The notes under the pieces were generated by a model, which saw only the letters and a program-made list of their open reading frames with translations, was not told the DNA's origin and did no database searches. 64,000 nucleotides of DNA, from assembly GCA_964106915.2 (NCBI GenBank), contig OZ066919.1; one strand, written 5' to 3'. Positions within the stretch are counted from its first letter, which is position 1. Every line of letters starts with the position of its first letter. Source of the DNA: Podarcis gaigeae (Eukaryota). Both the position numbers and the translations under genes were made by a program. This document shows positions 10,566 through 20,673 of this stretch, piece after piece.

Positions 10566-13500
10566 TCCAGATTTCTTGTTTCCTGGTTTAAGATGAGATG
10601 GTGAAAAAAGTAGCCCCATCATTTCCAGGGCTGGGTTCTACCATCTTATCATCTACCTCCCTCAAGATCCTCTACCCAATATTATAAGAATTGTCAACAC
10701 AGTAGCTGCATCTCATTACAGAAAACATTTGCCCTAATCAAATGCTGAAAAGTGGTTTAATATATCAGCCCTGCAAAGTTATAAGCTAAACACATGTATT
10801 CTGCTTATTGACACAAGCAATGATGCAAAACTCCGTCCAGTGCTAACAGGAAATTACCATTGTTAAAAATGAGGTTTCAAATCATAATGCTTCCTCGTTG
10901 TATCTCCTCTCTTAGTGTACACCTATTGTCTGGAGATTTAAACAAGACAGACTGACTGTTCAACAAGTTTATAGCTCATCTTGTGCAACAGCAGCACCAT
11001 TCCTGACAACACAGTTTATGTGTTTGTATTCAAGTTGTTTATTAAACCTGGGGGGGGGGGGCAAGAAACAAGAAAGCATGCTAAGATCCTGATAATGGAA
11101 ACAATTCAGAATTTAAAATCTGTTGAAGCAACCCCCCAATACTAGCACAGACCAATAGGTTCCATAACTTTAGATAGCCATAACTGCCCTATCCAACTAT
11201 TTTGCTTTTCCCTTCTAGCTCGAGCAGTGTAAACAAAGATAAATAAGTTACCTATAGGCTAAAGAGCAGGGGCTTCAATTAAAGGGCAAAAGGCTTCAGT
11301 CCATTTCTTGGTGACTCCAAAATCAACTTTTCCATCAAAATGGAAGCTAAGCCTGCTCACCCTAAATATCTTTAGTAGCAACACCTTAAGCTACAGCATG
11401 CAGGATGGCATATCTGAAGATAATGGAAGCGTGAGAGGTCTGTTTTAATGGCTCACACAGCCACAGTAACATGACAGCAATTTTGACATGATCTGAACAT
11501 ACAACATGAAAGCTTGAATTTGTTTCTACTGTTAAACACATGGATTCTTTCAATATACCATATCAGACTCTGGGAGGATGACAAAGCTCCCAAAGCATTA
11601 GGCCATCTGGGCAGAAGATACTTTAATTTGGGACATAAGCTTTCAAATAATAGGAATCATACAATCAACAAACATTATAGGAAACTCATGTTAAAAGGAA
11701 AGATCAACCACTTTAGCATCAACCGGTTAGTTCAGGACTTTGCACACTGCAAGCTCAACATGAAAGAAATATTAAAATAATGTTCTGGTGCAAATGAAAG
11801 TTGAACTAGTACAGAAACTTCAACTAACTCCTTGTCCCAAGCCTGCTTTTTTACTTTCATAAGAACTGTAGACTCTTCTCCGTTCTCTGAATATTAGCAC
11901 TCCCAACAACAGAAGCATTGTGTCTGTAGACAGAGAGGCTGAATTTCTCTCTCCAAGAATGGTTTGTGGGTGTGCGTGTGTCATAGCTGGCATCTGGCAG
12001 ACAGTGAGCTAAGGCAGGCAGTGACTCACTTGTTGGCCAGTTGCCATTCCACAAAACTGCTTACTAACAGCGCTGGCTTCCTAACAAAGCTTTGACAATG
12101 CATCTGAAGAGATGCTTTTCCAGGATGCCTTACTTAAATGGAATCCCACCATACCAGAGTTAGGAGTGAAATGCAAAAGGATCGCCAGTATGTGGTGGAA
12201 AGTGTGTTTCCTGATGAAAGCTCACCACATTCAGTGACGTTAGTTGTGATTTCAAAACAGATAAGTAAAAAGCAGAACTTGGCAGAACAGATTCTTAAGA
12301 TAAGACTGCAGTACCAAAGAAGCAATATGGCAAGAAGGAACCAACCCTGGAGGGAATGTGCCATCTAAATCAGGGTAAGAGTCATTAATGAAGCATAACA
12401 CAAGACTTCAGCTGAAGGCTGTGTTAGATGAAATCTCCTATTGCTTGAAGCTGGATAAAGTATCCCAAGAGTCAAAGAGTACAGCATTCTTCAAGGTAGA
12501 AGGCAATTCCTTACCTAGTATATCAATTTGTCTTTGAGGAACAGAGGGAGAAAGGATCACATGACTGAATGAGCATGACTGGAATAATGAACGCTACTGC
12601 TCATATTTTGGTTTGATGCAATGTTTGAAATCTTGTTTTGCTGTGTAAAACAACAGATAAATATTCTGTGCCATTGGAAAACAACAGCTATTATGTGAAG
12701 ATATCTGGATAGAGCAAGCGAGCTGCAACAGATGCAAAGAAACCAGGTGTAGTCAGAAGAGCAAGTTCAGGGATGGAACAGCTCACGCACAGCTAAAACT
12801 TACTCCATACACCTACCTGGAGTTGCCATGTGGTGCCCATTGCTACAATGACACTGCCGAAGTCTTCCCCAGTACCAGATCTGTGATACTGTGCAGCTTA
12901 CCAATGTAAGATTTAATTATACAGTGATATATTATTTTTGAGGGGGGGGGAACCCCCAAGGAAAATGACACAAATTCAAGAGGATCACTTAATTTTACTG
13001 GATCTGATTTTTATCCGGACCTCATGGAAAAGCAAATAATGGGCAGTAGTCAATATTTGCACAATGGGAAATCTAAAGGTTGGAAGAACCCTTAGATTTT
13101 GGGGGGAGGGGAGAATGGCCCATTACACGAAGAAAAACTTTGCACTGACAAAACATTATCTTGAATACAACCCAAAGCATGTTTGTGTTTGTGTGCACAT
13201 GCACTCTATTGGGGGGCGGGGAAAGGTGACCTGGAGGAGAGAAGCAGCCAGACAAATTGGTGCCCATGCAATTCTCTCAAGAACCTAAATATGTCCCCTG
13301 TCCCCAAAAGGTTGGTGATCCCCTCTAATAAAATGTGGTAATGGGTACATACCAATCCACACTCCACACATGAACAAATTTTGGACTGATTTTCTAAATC
13401 TGCATAATGTTAACAAGCAATCTAGTACCAGTCCTATTCATAATTTATTCCATTGGCCTACCCTGGTATCTGCCTACAGCTTTAGTTAAAACATTACACC

Positions 13501-13649
13501 TACACAGTTGTACAGAACCTGATTATAAACTTCTGTAATTTGAAGCAAGATGCATAAAACATTATTAACAATTCTTGCGAAAGAACTTTCCTCAAGGAAA
13601 TGGGTTCAGATGAAACCACATGTTATCACTCCAAATAGAGTATGATATA

Positions 13650-13867
13650 CAGTGGGACCTCGGGTTAAGTACTTAATTCGTTCCAGAGGTCCGTTCTTAA
13701 CCTGAAACTGTTCTTAACCTGAAGCACCACTTTAGCTAATGGGGCCTCCTGCTGCTGCCGCACCGCCAGAGCACGATTTCTGTTCTCATCCTGAAGCAAA
13801 CCTGAAGCACTATTTCTGGGTTAGCAGAGTCTGTAACCTGAAGCGCATATAACCCGAGGTACCACTG
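13650..13867 (+). mobile_element. Tc1/mariner (Tigger/pogo-like) MITE, family 1
   Basis: TIRs CAGTGG(G/T)ACCTCGGGTTA...TAACCCGAGGTACCACTG with TA on both sides. Internal AACCTGAAG repeats. Confidence 0.9.
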
Positions 13868-14264
13868 TACACATGTATGTTATGTCTCTTGCAACCCATA
13901 GAGCTCTAAGATTCAATGAAAAGGGATGAAGAGAACACTTAAGAATGTACATTAACATTCCTTGATGGTAAACAAACTAGGAACAAGGTCATGTCTGCTG
14001 CTTTATTTACCCTAACGGCCTTCTAAGGTTGCATCTGCCTTTGCTGATCTCAGACCTAAGGCTAGTGTAGGTCAGGCTGTGCATCAGACCTGTACCAAGT
14101 TTTCCTATTATCCTGGTATAAGCGACTCCTATCCTACGTGCAGGGGCACTTTAGACTGAGGACAGTGCTGCCACACAGTATCTGTTCAAAACGAGCTCAA
14201 ATTTTCTTGAAACCAATCACATAAAGCAAGAGCAAGTAGCGGTGAAATGCTCAAGCGGGACAGA

Positions 14265-14533
14265 GGCTTGGTTCACATGTCACATTAATGTTCAATGGCG
14301 CGTGCTGCTCAAAAGACAACACTTCACTCCTCCCAGCTACTTTCTTCAATGTGCCGCGGAAGCAACAAACCAGAGGCTGGCTAGCTTTCAAGTGTGAACC
14401 AGGGCTCATGGTTTGTTTCTCTCTTGACAAACCATGATGGTAAGCCAATGAGACTTTTTCACCCGCATGTTGCTTGTTCATTTTAAACCAGTGTAATTTA
14501 AACTATGGCTTAAAGTGATGTGCAAACCAGTTC
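14265..14533. mobile_element. Old TIR element (possibly PIF/Harbinger-like MITE)
   Basis: Ends GGCTTGGTTCACATGTCA / TGATGTGCAAACCAGTTC, with AGA on both sides. Related to 38416-38775. Confidence 0.5.
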
Positions 14534-15076
14534 AGAGTGTAGCACATAGGGAAAAAAATCTGTCAGGAAGAGTGCAAGAGAACTAGACCAAGTGGGGGAA
14601 AATCAGCTACACAGCAGACACACAGGCAGCTCTTTTTCCTCGAGTGAGGCAATGCAGAGGGGCCAGTATTGATCTGTCTTCATTACCCATTTCACTCAAG
14701 TTCAAATCAGCAAAATACACTTTTCCACACCAGTGCCCTCTCTGCCACAGCAGACAAAAGAAAAGCAATTTCCTGCAGTTTGCTCCAAACTTGCTACTCC
14801 TTCCATGTAGCATTGCCCCCCCCCCTTTCTGCTACAAACATGTCTTCAGATTTCCCCCACAATCTTCCTTCAGAAATGGACGGTCTTCAGGAGAACGGCA
14901 AAAGAGAATCCAATGTTGCTTTCTAATCACCAGATTTTTTTTCAATGTTGCAAAATTAGTTTCTGATACAGAATCAAGAAGATCTCTGAAATCCAAAACC
15001 ATTCCAACTATAGACCTTTTGAAAAGTATTTAGTCCATATGGTTGGAAATAAAACGTGGCCCAGCATAGAGCAAAT

Positions 15077-15306
15077 GCAGCATAGTGGTTAGAGTGCCAG
15101 ACTAACACTGCATTGATCCAAGTTCAAATTCCCAGTCATGTGACTTACTTGGTGACATTTAGGCCAATCACGTTCTCTTAGTTTAATCTATTTAACAGCA
15201 CTGTTGTGAGGATAATATGGGGCAGGGAGAGTGGGGAGAAGAGAGAGGAAAATCCTTGCAGCACACCCCAATCTCTTTGGAGGAAAGGCAGGATTGAAAT
15301 GTAATA
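15077..15306 (+). mobile_element. Old tRNA-derived CORE/MIR-like SINE
   Basis: A-box TAGTGGTTAGAG, B-box GTTCAAATTCC, core GTGAC..TAGGCCAATCAC..CTCTTAG..GTTGTGAGGATAA. Confidence 0.7.
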
Positions 15307-15532
15307 CAGTGGTACCTTGGGTTACATACGCTTCAGGTTACAGACTCTGCTAACCTAGAAATAGTACCTTGGGTTAAGAACTTTGCTTCAGGATGAGAAC
15401 AGAAATCGTGCTCCAGCAGCACGGTGGCAGCGGAAGGCCCCATTAGCTAAAGTGGTGCTTCAGGTTAAAAACAGTTTCGGGTTAAGAACGGACCTCCCGA
15501 ACAAATTAAGTACGTAACCAGAGGTACCACTG
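15307..15532 (-). mobile_element. Tc1/mariner MITE, family 1 (opposite orientation)
   Basis: TA|CAGTGGTACC...GGTACCACTG|TA; reverse complement of the 13650 and 17042 copies. Confidence 0.9.
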
Positions 15533-15534
15533 TA

Positions 15535-15750
15535 CAGTGGAGCCTCATGTTATGGATGGGATCCGTTCCGGAGGCCTGTCCGTAACATGGAACTGATGCA
15601 AACCGAAGCACCGCGTCTGCGCACGGGCAATTTAGCGCTTCTGTGTGAGTGGCGAAACCCGGAAGTAACCCGTTCCGGTACTTCCAGGTTGCCACAGGAC
15701 GCAACAAGGAAACACGTAACCTGAAGCAGACGCAACATGAGGTATGACTG
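15535..15750. mobile_element. Tc1/mariner MITE, related family 2, abutting the family-1 copy
   Basis: TA|CAGTGGAGCCTCATGTT...AACATGAGGTATGACTG|TA. It shares the TA at 15533-15534 with the previous element. Confidence 0.85.
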
Positions 15751-15994
15751 TAAGTAAGAAAATATATAAACAAACAAATAAAAAGTGGCAGCATAGTTAC
15801 AGGGCTACAGCACTCAAAATGAAATCCTAACTCAGAAGAAACTGGGGGGGGGGGGAAGCAGCTGAGGAAACCACCACTTAAATAATCAATACTGGCAATT
15901 TCACACCTATGTATTATGCTGCAGGAAGCTTACAAGAAACCTGGGGCCAATTTAGCATTTCACTGCAAACATACAGCACAATATTATTACCGTA

Positions 15995-16350
15995 CTATTA
16001 TTCAAACAATTAATTACCTGCCCTTCACCCTAAGGTCCCTGGGCAGGTACAAGGATTATAACCCAACGTTATTATTAAAACACAATTATTACACAATATT
16101 AAATAGAGTTTAAAAAACCATAAAATTATAGAAAGAAGGTGGGTCCAAAAATACACATCTCAAGTGTCAAAAGCCAGGGTAAACAGTATTCAGCCTTTGC
16201 TGAAGGTGCCAAAAGCACCTCTGTGGGGAGCCCCACAACTTAGGGGCTGCCACAGAGGATGCCCTCTCCCAGACTGCCACCGTCCAATATCTGAGGGCGC
16301 TGAACATTCAAAAGGGCCCCCTTTGGCACCAACTATATATGGTAGGTGAT
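15995..16350 (-). mobile_element. L2-like LINE 3' fragment
   Basis: CCTGCCCTTCACCCTAAGGTCCC.GGGCAGG..AAAAGCCAGGGTAAA..CCACAACTTAGGGGCTGCCACAGAG.ATGCCCTCTCCC, the reverse complement of a typical L2 RAFSVAAP.LW end. Confidence 0.6.
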
Positions 16351-17041
16351 GTAAGAAGGAAGTGGCTGACCTGGTATCACACAGTGAGCTTCATGAATGA
16401 CTATTTTGTCTCCTAAATAAAGTAGAAATAATGGCTGATAAAGGCACCATTAGATCACCTAGGTTAAATCAGAATACATATTGTGGTAAGACTCAAGGTA
16501 GCTAAAATCTAATTGTTTCATGTCAGCGGGAGTAACACTATCTTCAAAACACCTCTTCAGATCCACACTAATTTTGAATCTTTGTATATAACCTTTTGAA
16601 AGCCCAGCTGAAAAGTGACATTCACTTACAAATACAGAGACTGCTGCTACCAGGGCTGATCAACAATGAATGGTCATTCAATAACTTGAATGGCCAAGTT
16701 ATTAAACCTATCATTACCTCCACACAAAGTTTCTAACGACAAGCAGCAGTTTACCTTCTTGAAATCAAATAAGTGTTCCTCTCCTGGACGGAATGTGATA
16801 TGAAAAAGGAATTTAATTACAAAAAAGGAATCAAAGGAATTTTGTTTTAAGTCATCTGATGTCACACATGCTTGGATCTAGAACTAAGAATCGCAGATTA
16901 CTTCACAATGGAACCAAGAATCAATAAGATGGTGGCAACTTTTAAACTGTTATCCTAAATTACAGCCAAAGTGATTAGGCTTAGTTCTAGCACTTCATCA
17001 GGAAAACTGGAATTTCTCTTTAAATATTTCAAATATTGATA

Positions 17042-17283
17042 CAGTGGTACCTCTGCTTATGTACGTAATTCGTTCCGGAGGTCCGTTCTTAACCTGAAAC
17101 TGTTCTTAACCTGAAGAACCACTTTAGCTTATGGGGCCTCCCGCTGCTGCTGCGCCGCCGGAGCACGATTTCTGTTCTCATCCTGAAGCAAAGTTCTTAA
17201 CCCGAGGTATTATTTCTAGGTTAGCGGAGTCTGTAACCTGAAGCATATGTAACCTGAAGCTTATGTAACCCGAGGTACCACTG
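17042..17283 (+). mobile_element. Tc1/mariner MITE, family 1
   Basis: TA|CAGTGGTACCTC...GAGGTACCACTG|TA; colinear with the 13650 copy. Confidence 0.9.
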
Positions 17284-18310
17284 TATCTTTATACTAGGGT
17301 GGAATTTTCAGGAGTGACTATTGACACACACACAGAGAGAGAGGGAGAATATGAATGGGAAAACAGTTAGGACACAGCTGAAAGTAATGCCATATAGATG
17401 AAAGGCTCATGACTTCACTTGACTGAGAAGTTGCCATCACTAAAATGATTTGTATTTGGCTTCAGAATTTTAAAATAATCAAGGGAATTGCAATGACAGC
17501 TCTTAAATAGTCATACATCCAACATGCAATACATTTCATGGATTATGATTACTTTGATGCCTATTTAGGGTATGTTTGATTACTGTTTTATAATAAATAC
17601 ATGATTTTTATTGAAATGTATTGTTTTTTCAGATTTTATATTATGCTCTATGCTCTATGTACCCTTAACATTTTTAAGTCACTTGCAGATTTTCTCATGT
17701 GGCAAATATTATTTTATTCAGTTTATAGAATAACAACAACAACAACAATTCAGAAACCTCGCTACCAAAAAGTGTGGTCATAAATCAGCAGGCTTTGCAT
17801 GGCCGCAAATCACCTGTAAGAAAAATGCCTTAACATCCATGTTTGTTCCAAATGACACAGAAACAACCAAACAACAATAAGGTATATTGTCTGAAATCAC
17901 ATCTCAGCAGCACACCTGAAAATGAATACAAGATGATCTGCCAGGTGAAGTTGAATGGAAGAAATGCTGCTGGTCCAGAGTTTGGACAAGATGATCCTTA
18001 GGTACCTTGAAGCTCTACAGTTCCATGCACACTATTATTTTTGATTGCTCTTCTAGCAAAACATTTATGCGCAAATTCAGAATGTTGCATGGTCAATGGA
18101 ACTTTACATTTTTAAAAGAGTTTGCACTTCACAGATTATTCATGCACATCTGAGAGAATGTTCCTTAAAAATTCTACACCAATGGCATCATACACCGTAT
18201 CTCATATTACTTCTGATATATCTGCCAACTTTTGGAGAGGTTGTGGGGGGAAAGAGATTTTTTCCCCTTATCTGGAGGGAATGCCCACAGGTGTTGTTTT
18301 TTAAAAAATC

Positions 18311-18535
18311 GGTGTAGTGATTAGGGTGTCAGACTAGGACCTAGGAGACCAGGGTTCAAATCCCTACTTGGCCAGGATGAAGCTCACTGGGTGACCTTGG
18401 GCCAGTCAATGCCTCTCAGCCTAATCTACCTCACAGGTTTCTTGGGGGGGGGGGATTAAATGAAGAGAAAAGCTCCTTGCAAAAAGAAAAAAGGTGATAT
18501 ATAAATTAATAATAATAATAATAATAATAAATAAT
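18311..18535 (+). mobile_element. tRNA-derived CORE/MIR-like SINE with an (AAT)n tail
   Basis: GGTGTAGTGATTAGGGTGTCAGACTAGGAC..GGGTTCAAATCCC..GGGTGACCTTGGGCCAGTCA..CTCAGCCTAA.CTACCTCACAGG. Confidence 0.8.
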
Positions 18536-20601
18536 ACCTGGAATTTAGTTATTGCAGAAAAAAATAACACATTATGGGTCTGTAAGGGGCAGGAAGATTC
18601 TGGCCGTTTCTATTTAGTATGGCGGGATTTTATTTCATATAGTTTAGTTTCCGGTTTACAGGTATCTCTCCCCACACTGCCAAGAGAAATAGGATTGTAG
18701 TGGTTTTAAATTGGGTGTTTTTATTTAACATGTTTAGGTTTTGTATGCCCTGTTTTTAGTTGGCTATAGTATTGGATGTTTTTGTTATTGTTTACGTCTC
18801 TCTGTGGCTTCATAATAATTTGAAAACTAATGATTTTTTTTTTTAACAGACCATTCAGGCACATTTATCCATACAGCTAGAATTTTGGGGGAGTAATTTC
18901 TGCACTTCTGGTCCACGCAGTCCCCGAAACGCAGAGTAGCCTGAGTCTGTACTAGCTTCCCTCTAGTCTTCACAGTTGATAAGAGACCAGTCTGGGCCAT
19001 GAAGACCGTTAAGTTTAGCGAGTCTTTCTAAAATGCACACACTTTGTAAGACAGAGCCCAGCCACAAGAATAAAAAGCTGTCATCTGGATGTGGCTCCAA
19101 AGACAGACTGATGAGTTAGGGTCCAGTAGGGGACAGAGGCCCCTGAAGTCAGGTGGCAGCCAGCCAGCTTAGTTCTGTTTATTAAAATTGCATTACAATA
19201 CCAAATTAGGGCACAGAAAAACACCTTTTAAAAGGCGGTAAAAGTAAGTGAATTTGTTTGACTTAGCTTGCAGTCTTGATGTGGGCAAAATGTTGATTAT
19301 TTGACATAACGCCATTCATTAAGATCAACAGTCAAAACAAAGTTTTGGCATTCCTTAATATTTACAATGTGTATACTATGGTATAAGTGAAGGGCTAAAA
19401 AGCAGACTATAGAAGACAACTTAGTCTTTCAACCACTACCTGCCCACAGAAGAGTCATAAGGGAGGGAGGGAAAGGGAGAGAGAGAGAGAGGGAGGGAGG
19501 GAGGGATTTGAGAGCATTTTTACAGCCTGTTCTGGAACAATTTCCCTAGTGCTATCCTTCCCTCTCACTCCCAGCTACTGAGGAGGAAATCTATCAGTTC
19601 ACTGCCAGTCCAGGATATGGTTACACTTTCACTCCAAACTTGGAAATTGCTGCTTTCCTTTCTGTACCTAGCTGTGCAATTTGTTTAGTTTCAGTTCCTT
19701 ATACCCTCCTTGTAAAGCAAACAAACAGAAAATCCTTTCAGCTCAGTTCAGAGGCTACTAGACTGAGGGAAGCGCTCTGCTTTCTTTCTTTATGTGGGTA
19801 GGGAGAAAGGTTGGGAGGCAGCCACTGCAGCCCTGGCAAGCGAGTGGGAAAAAAGTGAAGTATGTGGTTTTTGCTTCCCCTAAAGGCAGGGAAGCATTCC
19901 TGCTCTGCTTAAACTTTGCCATAGCGGGGCTCGTGTGGAAGTACAAATTCAGATTACTTTGACACATATTTTACAATCACCTCGGTGTACCCCATCACCA
20001 AGCCCAGACCTTGGCCCAGGAATCTTGCTATATACATTCTTCATTCTCACCCATATTCTCTACATCTTTTCCCCACCCCCATCCTGCCTGGAGAAACTCT
20101 CCTGGTCAATCTCATCCACACCATTCCACTGTTAGATAAACTTCCTTTCAAAGTGAGTCTGCTTAATCCTATATCTCCCCTCATTCAGATCCTCCTCCAG
20201 TTGTAATGTGGGGCATGAGGAGGGGAGAGAGGTTGCTGAGTTATGAGCTATTCCTGACTCATGTCTACAACTTTCACAAGTTCTTTTGCAACACAAAAGG
20301 TGGGGAGGGAGACAGGACGTCAGGCTCTGTTAACTCTGAGAAAGCCAGCAGGACAGACAGAGGGGAGGCTGGGAAAGGGTGGACTAGGAAGGGGGAGAGA
20401 AAGGAGATTGAAAAACAAAGTGTGAGAGAGAAAACAGACCATGAATGAGTGAGGGTGAAAGGGAAGATAAACAGGCAATGACAGAATGAGACTAGGTTAG
20501 AGAGACACAGCTACACAACACATACACACACTTCATAGTTACCAGGAAAAGAAACAGCAGGGGGAGAAAAACAGTAAGAGAAAAATTCCAAAAGATGGGC
20601 A

Positions 20602-20673
20602 TGTGTCTGTGTGTGTGTGTCTGTGTGTGTGTGTGTGTGTATTTGCACACATGTGTGCACGCGCACACACACA
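20602..20673. repeat. (TG)n...(CA)n dinucleotide tract
   Basis: Directly visible. Confidence 0.9.

Noticed and set aside
12200-12230. CTGATGAAAGCTCA as a second hammerhead
   Set aside because: No stem II between CTGATGA and GAAA (they overlap) and no TSD; likely chance.
13650-17283. Internal AACCTGAA repeats as a CRISPR-like array
   Set aside because: Eukaryotic MITE sub-terminal repeats with no regular repeat-spacer periodicity.
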